NCBI GenBank assembly: GCA_041674405.1
Contig: JBAYVT010000003.1
Span: 60,001-92,000 of the forward strand
DNA length: 32,000 nucleotides
Direction of reading: 5' to 3'
Source: Patescibacteria group bacterium
GTDB taxonomy: Bacteria; Patescibacteriota; UBA1384; XYA2-FULL-43-10
Shown here piece after piece: positions 16,912 through 25,388 of this stretch; position 1 is the stretch's first letter, and every line of letters starts with the position of its first letter. Position numbers and translations under genes: made by a program. The notes beneath the pieces are model-generated. The model was given only the letters and a program-made list of their open reading frames with translations. It was not told where the DNA came from and ran no database searches.

Positions 16912-18689
16912 TTTGCTCCCTTCGCGGCTAATTTTTCACCATCTAGGCTGACCTGATAGGCTGAAAGTTCGCCGGGAGAGAGCTGTGATGATGCAATTTC
17001 CCGATAAATATCGCTGGTCTTCATCAGCTCCGAATGAGTCCCCTGCCCAACAATTTTGCCATCATCGAGTACCAAAATTTTATCAGCAGACAATATCGTT
17101 GAAATTCGTTGGGCAACGATCAAAATCGTTTTATTCTTGACCTCTTTTTTGAGTGCCTTTCGAAGCGCTGCATCAGTTTTGAAATCAAGGGCAGAAAAAC
17201 TGTCATCAAAAATATAAATTTCCGGTTTGTGGATTATTGCCCTCGCAATGGAAAGCCGTTGTTTTTGGCCGCCGGAAACATTGTGACCGCCCTGGGCAAT
17301 ATTAGATTTATATTTATCAGACAGATCTTTTATAAATTCCTTGGCTTGGGCAATTTCTGCCATTTTTCTCACTTCGGATTCCGATGCCTTTGGCGCACCG
17401 TATTTTATGTTGCTCTCGATTGTACCGGAGAAAAGAACGCCCTTTTGCGGCACATAACCGATTTTGGAATACAGATCTTCAAGTTTCATTTTGCGGACAT
17501 TGATTCCATCAATCAAAATTTCGCCGGATGTAACATCATAAAATCTTGGGATCAGAGAAATCAAAGTGGTTTTTCCCGAACCGGTCGAGCCAATGATAGC
17601 GGTTGTTTCACCTGGATTAGCGACAAAAGAAATGTTGCAAAGCGCCGCCTCATCTGCGCTTTTGTATTTGAAAGTTACATCTTTAAATTCAACCAAACCC
17701 CTGCCTACTTTTGCAACTTTAACGGGCTTTTTTGGATCCGCAATCGTGGGCTTAGTTTCCAAAATCTCAGAGATCCGGGCACCAGAAACCGAGGCACGTG
17801 GCACCATGATAAACATAAATGAAAGCAAAAGGAATGACATTATAACTTGCATCGCATATTGCATGAAGGCGAGCATGTTCCCTACCTCTAAATTCCCGGA
17901 ACCGATTAGGTGGGCACCAAACCAGATAATGGCAATTGCAGTCAAATTGAAAATAAGCATCATTGCCGGTTGCATTATAACCATTACCTGGTTTACAAAT
18001 AGATTGGTATTGGTAAGGTCAACATTGGCTTTCTCAAATTTATTTTCTTCAATATGTTCATTATTGAAAGCACGAATAACGCGTAACCCTGTAAGATTCT
18101 GGCGCGTGACCATGTTGAGTTTATCAACAAGCTTCTGCAAAAGCTGAAATTTCGGTAGAGCAATAGTAAAAAGCACAATAATCACACCAATTAAAATGCA
18201 TACAGCAAGCGCAATAATCCAGCTCATTGACGGAGCCAGATCATAGGCCTTTATGATTGCGCCAACGCCCATAATCGGTGCCTGCAAAACCATGCGTAGC
18301 AATAACACTAAAACCATTTGAATCTGCTGAATATCGTTGGTCGATCGTGTAATTAATGAAGCAGTGGAAAATTTATTAAATTCAGAGAGCGAAAAACTTT
18401 CGACTTGAGAGAAAACCTTGTTTCTAATATCCATTGAGTAACCGGTGGCAACTCGAGCAGCAAAATAGCCAACACCGATTGTGGCCACACCTCCCAAAAG
18501 TGAATATAGGAGCATGGTCAATCCGGTAGAGAGAATAACATTATTGTTATTTAAAACAATACCTTCGTTTATGATCTTTGCCATGTAATCCGGAAGAAGA
18601 AGAGTGGTATAAACAGAGACTGACACCAAAATAAACAGAGCAACAATCTGCCAAATATATGGCTTCAAATATTTAAGAATTTTCAACAT
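16908..18689 (-). CDS. ABC exporter, TM+ATPase fusion (subunit 2)
   Basis: GSTGSGKTT, NVSGGQKQRLSIARA, IFDDSFSALD; overlaps the next gene by 4 nt. Confidence 0.93.
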   Translation of the reverse strand: MLKILKYLKPYIWQIVALFILVSVSVYTTLLLPDYMAKIINEGIVLNNNNVILSTGLTMLLYSLLGGVATIGVGYFAARVATGYSMDIRNKVFSQVESFSLSEFNKFSTASLITRSTNDIQQIQMVLVLLLRMVLQAPIMGVGAIIKAYDLAPSMSWIIALAVCILIGVIIVLFTIALPKFQLLQKLVDKLNMVTRQNLTGLRVIRAFNNEHIEENKFEKANVDLTNTNLFVNQVMVIMQPAMMLIFNLTAIAIIWFGAHLIGSGNLEVGNMLAFMQYAMQVIMSFLLLSFMFIMVPRASVSGARISEILETKPTIADPKKPVKVAKVGRGLVEFKDVTFKYKSADEAALCNISFVANPGETTAIIGSTGSGKTTLISLIPRFYDVTSGEILIDGINVRKMKLEDLYSKIGYVPQKGVLFSGTIESNIKYGAPKASESEVRKMAEIAQAKEFIKDLSDKYKSNIAQGGHNVSGGQKQRLSIARAIIHKPEIYIFDDSFSALDFKTDAALRKALKKEVKNKTILIVAQRISTILSADKILVLDDGKIVGQGTHSELMKTSDIYREIASSQLSPGELSAYQVSLDGEKLAAKGAK

Positions 18690-18782
18690 AGATCATTATT
18701 TTACTACTCTTGGCAGCCAAGGTCAAGAGAGGCTAAAGCTTAAGATCACTAGCTAATTTTCATCCAAGCCGGAAATCTTTTG

Positions 18783-19670
18783 TTAGAAATGGAGAGTCTC
18801 AATGGAAGTATCAATCTCGTCCATGTATTTTGCAAAACTTAGTGACTCTCGAGGAGTTGTTGTCATAAGGCTAACAAAATCTGCATGAACTTTTTTGTCT
18901 TGCGCATCAGTTGGGCTCGTTCCATATTGCTTGGAAAGAGTGGCCACTTCGGTAGAGAACGATGTTAATTGCCGGTTTATCTCAATAATCGCATCGTGAT
19001 CGGGATTATAAACAAATGCATGATATTCAATCGGTATACCGTAATCCTGGCTATGCGTACCGATCATTGCAACACCTTTGGATTTTCCATCCGTGCTTTT
19101 CAAATAATCCATATAAACCCTATCAGCCTTGGCATAGGTCAAAAATTCAACGCTGTATTTATTTAGATCATTCTTGATATTATCGGTCAATTTACCGGCA
19201 TTATACAAGTCCTTTACCGCCGCAAGGAGGGATACCCTATCGGAAGCAGACAACTGATACGGCTCGTCACTTCCTGCGCCTTTTACCCATTCGGAAATTT
19301 TATATTCATTTATTACCCCATATACTTCCCCGCCTTTGTTTATAGCATATGTCGTAATTTGAGTCGAAACTCCTGAAGTATCAGCCTCTTTGGTCAGGGT
19401 CCAAGAATCCGGATATTTAAGAGTACCATTTGTGAGCGGAAGAGTTAGTGTTTTCCAGTTTGAAGTGTCGACAACAGCTTGAGAGGATAAAGAATTTTCG
19501 GATGACGAAGAGTTTGAACTTTTTGCATTAATTTTTGCATTTAAATCATCAACCTGTGACTGCAAATCGTTCTTTTCCTTCACATACTGGCTATTTAAAT
19601 AATAGTAGCCGCCGGCCCCGAGAGCTGCCATTACAACTACTGTGATAATCACGATCCAAATTGGTTTCAT
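18783..19670 (-). CDS. Membrane-anchored extracytoplasmic protein with short coiled coil
   Basis: N-terminal TM MKPIWIVIITVVVMAALGAGGYYY, coiled coil KEKNDLQSQVDDLNAKIN, Ser-rich linker; SD CAGGAGGG. Confidence 0.6.
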   Translation of the reverse strand: MKPIWIVIITVVVMAALGAGGYYYLNSQYVKEKNDLQSQVDDLNAKINAKSSNSSSSENSLSSQAVVDTSNWKTLTLPLTNGTLKYPDSWTLTKEADTSGVSTQITTYAINKGGEVYGVINEYKISEWVKGAGSDEPYQLSASDRVSLLAAVKDLYNAGKLTDNIKNDLNKYSVEFLTYAKADRVYMDYLKSTDGKSKGVAMIGTHSQDYGIPIEYHAFVYNPDHDAIIEINRQLTSFSTEVATLSKQYGTSPTDAQDKKVHADFVSLMTTTPRESLSFAKYMDEIDTSIETLHF

Positions 19671-19722
19671 ATCCCTCCTGTTTTATGTTCCTGCTACTAT
19701 TATAGTTTTTTTGCAAGCAATA

Positions 19723-19751
19723 TCAAAACGGCTCACCGTGAGCCGTTTTGA
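19723..19751. terminator. Perfect palindromic hairpin
   Basis: TCAAAACGGCTCA-ccg-TGAGCCGTTTTGA (13-bp arms). Confidence 0.55.
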
Positions 19752-19835
19752 TCATTTATTTTTAAAAAATTTAGAATCCGTATGTACTTAAATTTTACAT
19801 TTAGGCCAATTTTGCAAAAAATAGTATTGATTCAA

Positions 19836-19880
19836 AGCGGGATACTAAGCGCTGGAGGGGGTAGCGCTTAGTATCCCGCT
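19836..19880. repeat. Perfect 18-bp inverted repeat
   Basis: AGCGGGATACTAAGCGCT (19836-19853) / AGCGCTTAGTATCCCGCT (19863-19880), 9-nt G-rich loop. Confidence 0.85.
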
Positions 19881-19924
19881 CCCCTTTGCTGCAAGCTAAA
19901 AGATATCACTTATCAGCTTGCGGC

Positions 19925-20449
19925 TTATTGCGTTACTTGAATCACGACCGCTTGAATAACTCCGTTCGAATTCGGCCGGCCACGAACGATTATTTGGTCA
20001 TCAACCTTAAGATCGCCTTTGGAGATTATTTTCCCGTCTGCGTTATAAATAGAAGTTGAGTCAAGAATTGCGACTGAAGTATCGGAACTGCCGTTAGTCA
20101 TAGTCAAATTATCGCCATTTACAGCGGTAATTTTTCCTTCATGCCCGCCTCGTCGCATGCCGGATTCCCGCATCCCGCCGTTGCGATATTCACCCATCAT
20201 ATTGTCACCAAATCCGCCCATCATGTCCGGCCCTGTTCGTTCAACCGACACTCTTTCAAATTTTCGCTCACTGTGGCCATGAAAAAAGGCATGTCCTACA
20301 GCCGCCATTCCACCAACCAAAATTACAACCGCGATTATTGCCAAAGTGATAATTGCCGCTTTGTTGTGGTGGCGGTATTTATCCTCGAATTTCGGGGAAA
20401 TTTTTTCTTCTTTCGGGCCTGGTTTTTCCTCAATTTTATCTTCTTGCAT
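19925..20449 (-). CDS. DUF5666-like protein with Met/Gly/Arg-rich linker
   Basis: TM helix, MMGGFGDNMMGEYRNGGMRESGMRRGGHEG, then GKITAVNGDNLTMTNGSSDTSVAILDSTSIY...VDDQIIVRG. Start at MQEDKIEE chosen because GGAAAGGAG precedes it. Confidence 0.7.
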   Translation of the reverse strand: MQEDKIEEKPGPKEEKISPKFEDKYRHHNKAAIITLAIIAVVILVGGMAAVGHAFFHGHSERKFERVSVERTGPDMMGGFGDNMMGEYRNGGMRESGMRRGGHEGKITAVNGDNLTMTNGSSDTSVAILDSTSIYNADGKIISKGDLKVDDQIIVRGRPNSNGVIQAVVIQVTQ

Positions 20450-20598
20450 TTGCTCCTTTCCGGTGCCCAGCACCAGATCAGCTGATGCTGGGACCTGTTC
20501 TAATGAAGTATGAATATATAGTATAAAAAGAGTCTGAGAAATGGCTTAGTATGTTTGTCAAATTTTGGCTAATCATATTCATTCATATCTGTCACCCC

Positions 20599-20622
20599 AA
20601 AAACCACACAAGTGTGGTTTTT
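20599..20622. terminator. Rho-independent terminator
   Basis: AAAAACCACAC-aa-GTGTGGTTTTT. Confidence 0.75.
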
Positions 20623-20648
20623 TAAGTATTAACGGACATTTCTCTGGA

Positions 20649-21680
20649 TTAATAAAGAGGCAGATTGACTGTGAAGGTGCTGCCCTCATTGGGTTTTGAG
20701 TCGGCAGAAATAGCTCCACCATGTAGTTCTACTATGCGTTTGGCAATTGAGAGCCCAAGGCCATAACTTTTTGTTTTGTCTTTTGATCTAGAAGAATCGG
20801 CCCGGTAGAAACGACCAAAAATATGCGGCAGATCAGAAGGCTCGATACCAACACCCTGATCCTTGATTTTAATTTCGGCATGCTGGTGTTCCTTTTTTAT
20901 CATGATAGATATTTTTGACTCCTCTGGGCTGTATTTGATCGCGTTATCAAGAAGTATGACAAACAATTCAATCAAGCTCGGCCTATCACCCTTAACTTTG
21001 GCTTCGGCAAAATCATTTTCAAAACTTATTTTTTTGCTTTTGGCAATTTTTTCAATTTTTTCATAGGCCTCAACAGCAACTTCTGACAAAGAAATTTCTT
21101 TGAATTCTTTGTGCGAGTTATCTTCATATTTTGCCAGTTTCAAAAGGGCGTTAGATAGCGTTTCCAATTTTCCAATTTCTTCCAAGTTGCTATTTAGTAG
21201 TTTTTTCGCTTCGCTCAAACTGATTTTTTGGTCGCGCAGGTTCACCTCAATTTCTGATCTCATGGCCGTAAGCGGGGTTTTTAGTTCATGAGAAGCGTCG
21301 GCAGCAAAACGGCTTTGTGCCAACATCATATCTTCGATCGGCTTTAGAGCCCTTTGCGCAAAATAGTACGATAAGAGTGACGACAAAACCAAAATTAACA
21401 GATTGAAGTAGATTAGATTCAATTGCAGGCGACCATTGGTTTCATCGATCTGTTCGTCGCGAATTTTTTCAAGTTCAGAGATGATCGGATTGCAGTTAAC
21501 TTCTTCGCAAACGTTTTGCGAAGGTTGAATATTTTTTAAAATTCCGGTTTGGCGCCTTAAGCCCTGTCCGACCTCTCTGGCAGAAATTTGATAAATGGCC
21601 GCAGAAAAAGACACGCTAATGATCATAATGATCAAAACATAGAACAACGTAAGTTTAAGATAAGCGATTTTAAAATGCAT
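20649..21680 (-). CDS. Sensor histidine kinase
   Basis: SHELKTPLTAMRSEIEVNLRD H-box, ARFYRADSSRSKDKTKSYGLGLSIAKRIVELHGG; start at MHFKIAY preferred. Confidence 0.9.
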   Translation of the reverse strand: MHFKIAYLKLTLFYVLIIMIISVSFSAAIYQISAREVGQGLRRQTGILKNIQPSQNVCEEVNCNPIISELEKIRDEQIDETNGRLQLNLIYFNLLILVLSSLLSYYFAQRALKPIEDMMLAQSRFAADASHELKTPLTAMRSEIEVNLRDQKISLSEAKKLLNSNLEEIGKLETLSNALLKLAKYEDNSHKEFKEISLSEVAVEAYEKIEKIAKSKKISFENDFAEAKVKGDRPSLIELFVILLDNAIKYSPEESKISIMIKKEHQHAEIKIKDQGVGIEPSDLPHIFGRFYRADSSRSKDKTKSYGLGLSIAKRIVELHGGAISADSKPNEGSTFTVNLPLY

Positions 21681-21687
21681 AATAGAT

Positions 21688-21769
21688 ATCTCAAATTTCA
21701 AATATCAAAAGTCAAAGCTAATGTATTGTACTATATTATTTTTCGGATTTTAAGATGCAAATTTGAGAT
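21688..21769. repeat. Inverted repeat of AT-rich word flanking intergenic DNA
   Basis: ATCTCAAATTT (21688-21698) / AAATTTGAGAT (21759-21769). Confidence 0.5.
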
Positions 21770-21792
21770 TTAAGGTTTGGGTTTTGAGCTAA

Positions 21793-22464
21793 TCAGCCTA
21801 TTTTGTATCCGAATCCTCTTACCGTCTGAATCAATTCCGGTTTTTTGGGGAATGGCTTATCGATTTTGTTTCGCAGGTAACCGATGTAAACCTCAACGGT
21901 ATTGGGCAAAATATCAGCATCGTAGTCCCAAACATGGGCGATAATGCTGTCTTTGGTCAAAATCCTTTTTGGATTTCTCATCATGTATTCCAATAGTGCA
22001 AATTCCTTGTTTGAAAGCAGAATTTTCTTCTCGCCACGCAATACATCGAATGTCGAAGTATTCAGGGTTAAGTCTTCGATTTTGAGGGTATCGGGGGTTA
22101 TTTCCTGTGGACGGCGCATCAGCGCGCGAACCCGAGCCAAAAGTTCTTCAAAGGCAAAAGGCTTGGTAAGATAGTCGTCCGCTCCTGCATTCAAACCCTC
22201 TACCCTGTCTTCAATCTTATCTTTGGCCGTGAGAATCAAAATAGGCGTATTATTTTTCTTGTCGCGTAAAGCTCGGCAGATATTTATTCCATCAACCCCG
22301 GGTAACATTCTGTCCAAGATTATCAGATCGTACTCAATCGTTGCGGCCTGGCCAAGCCCATCTTCCCCATCATAGGAAACATCAACAGCAAAAGATTCCT
22401 GGGAAAGCCCTTTTTTGATCGCATTTGCTATCTTATGATCGTCTTCGATTACTAATATCCGCAT
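21793..22464 (-). CDS. OmpR-family response regulator
   Basis: MRILVIEDDHKIANAIKKGL, YDLIILDRMLPG receiver, winged-helix C-terminus. Confidence 0.93.
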   Translation of the reverse strand: MRILVIEDDHKIANAIKKGLSQESFAVDVSYDGEDGLGQAATIEYDLIILDRMLPGVDGINICRALRDKKNNTPILILTAKDKIEDRVEGLNAGADDYLTKPFAFEELLARVRALMRRPQEITPDTLKIEDLTLNTSTFDVLRGEKKILLSNKEFALLEYMMRNPKRILTKDSIIAHVWDYDADILPNTVEVYIGYLRNKIDKPFPKKPELIQTVRGFGYKIG

Positions 22465-22477
22465 GTTTTTATCTTAT

Positions 22478-22569
22478 AACTAATATGTAACAACTAATAA
22501 TCTGTTGAATAATTTCCCTCAGTTTTTCGTTTAAAGCCCCGAAGAGACCATTGGGGTTATTAGTTCTAA
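22478..22569. repeat. Intergenic repeat family, copy 2 (diverged)
   Basis: aactaatatgtaacaactaataatctgttgaataat...AAGCCCCGAAGAGACCATTGGGGttattagttc. Confidence 0.65.
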
Positions 22570-22630
22570 GTTGATAATATACTATATTATCTGAGAAATT
22601 GCTGTGATTTTTAACTAAAAAGTTAAATCT

Positions 22631-22710
22631 AATAACTAATATCCAAATGAATAATCTTCTTTGGTTTTTCGTTTTTCGCCCTGAAGGGGCCCCTTTGGGG
22701 TTATTAGTTT
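22631..22710. repeat. Intergenic repeat family, copy 3
   Basis: aataactaatatccaaatgaataatc...CGCCCTGAAGGGGCCCCTTTGGGGttattagttt. Confidence 0.7.
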
Positions 22711-22750
22711 TAGGGTTAATATCTGTGCTAGAATAAGTTGTCTATAATTT

Positions 22751-22816
22751 TTGAAAGGTTCCTTTGGTTATTAGTTTTTTCGCCCCGACGGGGCCCCATT
22801 GGGGTTATTAGCTGTT
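22751..22816. repeat. Intergenic repeat family, copy 4 (5' truncated)
   Basis: ttcctttggttattagttttttCGCCCCGACGGGGCCCCATTGGGGttattagctgtt. Confidence 0.7.
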
Positions 22817-22825
22817 AGATAATTT

Positions 22826-23593
22826 ATGGAATATATTGAAAAATTTGGAAAAGCTGACCTTCATATTCATAGTACTTTTTCTGATGGCAGCAATTCAATC
22901 GAGGAAATTCTTGATTATACGGAAACAAAAACCGACCTCAATATCATAGCCATTTGCGATCATGATACGGTCGAAGGTGCATATTTGGCAAAAAAGATTG
23001 CTCATGAAAAAAATCTTAGAATAAAGGTTGTTATTGGCGAAGAAATCTCAACAAAGGAAGGACATGTGGTTGCTCTTTTTATCGAGAAAGCCATCCCCCC
23101 AGGTTTATCGCTGCCCGAAACATTAGATCAGATCGAATATCAAGGTGGTTTGGCAATCGCTCCTCATCCCATGTTTCACACTAGAGTTCGTGGTAAAGAT
23201 GAGGCGGTAATGGATGGAATCGGTTTTGTGAATTTGATCAAATACAAGGAGAAGTTCACCGGTGTTGAGATTGTGAATGCCACCCCTTGGATGGGACGCA
23301 AGAATTTAAATGCCCATTTTATAAATAGCTCTCTTGTGTTCAAATCGGAAACCGGCGGATCGGATGCCCATATTCTTGATGCGATCGGAAAGGGCTACAC
23401 GGCATTCGAGGGCAAAGATATTAAGAGCTTGAAATATGCACTTGAAGTCGGGCAGACGATTGCCATAGGTGTCCGCTGGAAAACATTGTCGCTTCTAAAA
23501 TATGCTTTCTTTTTTATCCCGAAAGGAATTCGTATTTTTTTCTTCACTCTGCTGCATGGTTTCACCAAAAAACGGCCACAAATCGATCTTTAA
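22826..23593 (+). CDS. PHP-domain phosphoesterase
   Basis: ADLHIHSTFSDGSNS, AICDHDTVEGA, GLAIAPHPMFH, GGSDAHILDAIG. Confidence 0.88.
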   Translation: MEYIEKFGKADLHIHSTFSDGSNSIEEILDYTETKTDLNIIAICDHDTVEGAYLAKKIAHEKNLRIKVVIGEEISTKEGHVVALFIEKAIPPGLSLPETLDQIEYQGGLAIAPHPMFHTRVRGKDEAVMDGIGFVNLIKYKEKFTGVEIVNATPWMGRKNLNAHFINSSLVFKSETGGSDAHILDAIGKGYTAFEGKDIKSLKYALEVGQTIAIGVRWKTLSLLKYAFFFIPKGIRIFFFTLLHGFTKKRPQIDL

Positions 23594-23627
23594 GCATTAT
23601 CTCAATAAAGTTTTATATGATAATTTG

Positions 23628-23659
23628 TAAAGAATGCCTACTCCCTTGGGCATTCTTTT
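23628..23659. terminator. Bidirectional terminator between convergent genes
   Basis: TAAAGAATGCC ... GGCATTCTTTA perfect 11-bp arms. Confidence 0.7.
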
Positions 23660-24371
23660 ATTGCGCTCCCAAGCTCGCAAGCAACACTTTTGGATCAACC
23701 CAGTTTGAGAGATCAGACTTTGTCGGAACGTAGCCGCGGACATCAATCCCCGACTCCTTGTGCAGCCCGAAATGCAAATGCTTTCGGACGTTTCCATTGG
23801 TATTCGAGCATTGCGCACCAAGCTCGGCTAAATTTTCTCCAGCCACAACGCGATCTCCAACCTTAACAGCCGTAGTTGATAGATTGACGTGGCCATAATA
23901 CGCAGTATAGATACTTCCGCCTAAGTTATACTCGATAACGATTAGGCCGCCATAACCGGTGACTGAGCTTGTCTCACGCACCGTGCCATCGGCAATTGAT
24001 TTTGCAATAACCGGTAAATTTAGTTCGTTTGGAAAAATCTCGAGATCATCGGCAGTGTGATAGCCGACATAATATGTTGCATTAGGACAAACTTTTTTAT
24101 CCGGATTTGTGGTTCCTCCCGGCGGATAATACACACCGAAATCATTTGCCATGATACGTGCAGCAAAATTATCGAGAGGATAAACCAAAGTTGGCACCGA
24201 TTCAGTTTGTGAAATTGGGTTCTGGCTTGAAGAGCCTGAAGGCGCTGGATTTGTTGTTGTGTCTGTCGACTGAGAAATTTTAGCCTTCCTGTTCTTCAAA
24301 AGATAAAAACCACCACCGGCGGCAGCAAGTATTATCGCTCCAATAATGAGTAGTGGAAGGATTTTTTTCAT
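23658..24371 (-). CDS. M23-family peptidase, membrane anchored
   Basis: YHTADDLEIFP, YYGHVNLS, VGDRVVAGENLAELG, KHLHFGLHK-type C-terminal motif (RKHLHFGLH). Confidence 0.85.
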   Translation of the reverse strand: MKKILPLLIIGAIILAAAGGGFYLLKNRKAKISQSTDTTTNPAPSGSSSQNPISQTESVPTLVYPLDNFAARIMANDFGVYYPPGGTTNPDKKVCPNATYYVGYHTADDLEIFPNELNLPVIAKSIADGTVRETSSVTGYGGLIVIEYNLGGSIYTAYYGHVNLSTTAVKVGDRVVAGENLAELGAQCSNTNGNVRKHLHFGLHKESGIDVRGYVPTKSDLSNWVDPKVLLASLGAQ

Positions 24372-24400
24372 CAGGATTTTTTAGCGATATCAACAGAAAG

Positions 24401-25096
24401 TTATTTTAGCGAGCTATCGCCATCATTAAACCCAAACTCGATGTGCGAGCGGTCGCAGAATGGCTTGTTCTTGGATTTGCCGCAGCGGCAAAGGGTGACG
24501 CGGTTGCGGACTTCGTAGGTTTCACCATTTGCAGATTCTACTGGAATTTCCCCTTTCACCCAAAGTGGACCGGAAATTTTCATGTCTGGATCTTCAATAA
24601 TGCCAATAGACTTTTCAAGCTTTGGTTCAATAATTTTTCCCGTTTTCTTGTCGCGCACAACGAGACGGCCAGACGGGCAATCGCAGCATTCTTCTATAAG
24701 CATTTTTTTGGAATCTGGGTCAGATGATTCTCCTACTAGATTCCAGGCAGTATCTCCGCGATCGCAAAATCTGCCCGAGGCGCAGATTTTGCTCTCATCA
24801 TACATAACTGCATCCGGACCATCCAAAACTTCGGCCTTGTCAAAAAAATTCTCAAATTCTGCTGTTTCTGTGCAATCAACACCAGCTGTCATATGTGTTT
24901 TATCACAATATGGCTTACTCTTAGATTTCCCGCAACGGCAGAGGTGATAATGTTCACTCTTGGGAAATTTTTCGCCGTCTTTCCACCTCTCCGAAATCCC
25001 ATTGCCATCGCCGACAATTATTTGCCTCTGAAGCGGAACATTCCCGGTCACTTCGTAAGGCCCATCTTTAATAATTTTAATCCTCTTCTTTGACAT
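24401..25096 (-). CDS. Double CDGSH-type iron-sulfur protein
   Basis: Two CDGSH-like clusters: CRCGKSKSKPYCDKTH and CRCGKSKNKPFCDRSH. Confidence 0.85.
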   Translation of the reverse strand: MSKKRIKIIKDGPYEVTGNVPLQRQIIVGDGNGISERWKDGEKFPKSEHYHLCRCGKSKSKPYCDKTHMTAGVDCTETAEFENFFDKAEVLDGPDAVMYDESKICASGRFCDRGDTAWNLVGESSDPDSKKMLIEECCDCPSGRLVVRDKKTGKIIEPKLEKSIGIIEDPDMKISGPLWVKGEIPVESANGETYEVRNRVTLCRCGKSKNKPFCDRSHIEFGFNDGDSSLK

Positions 25097-25330
25097 TTTC
25101 GCCTCGACTTTATGATCTTTATGAACTTTAACTACATAGAATTATATCAGCTATCACCAAGTTATTATTGTAGAAGTTAACAAAAGAAGCTCTTGTATTC
25201 AATCATAATGAATCTGAGATGAAAGAATCCGGCGAGATGATGGAGAAAATGGATAAAGACATGGATAGTAAGGACATGTCTTCGGGTGAGATGTAATTAC
25301 AACGCTTCTTTTTGGCTCAAAGCTTAAGCA

Positions 25331-25368
25331 AAAAAGGGCGGTGAGAAACCAGTCTACAGCTTCTCACT
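25331..25368 (-). terminator. Hairpin plus T-run downstream of the aminotransferase gene
   Basis: Minus strand GTGAGAA-gctgtagactggt-TTCTCAC-cgccc-TTTTTT. Confidence 0.55.
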
Positions 25369-25388
25369 CGATCCCCCCTACTTCTTGA

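Noticed and set aside
19836-19880. Interpretation as a transposon end
   Set aside because: Single hairpin with short loop and no transposase or matching distal copy in the window.
22478-22816. Interpretation of the repeat cluster as a CRISPR array
   Set aside because: Units are diverged and irregularly spaced, with no uniform spacers and no cas genes nearby.
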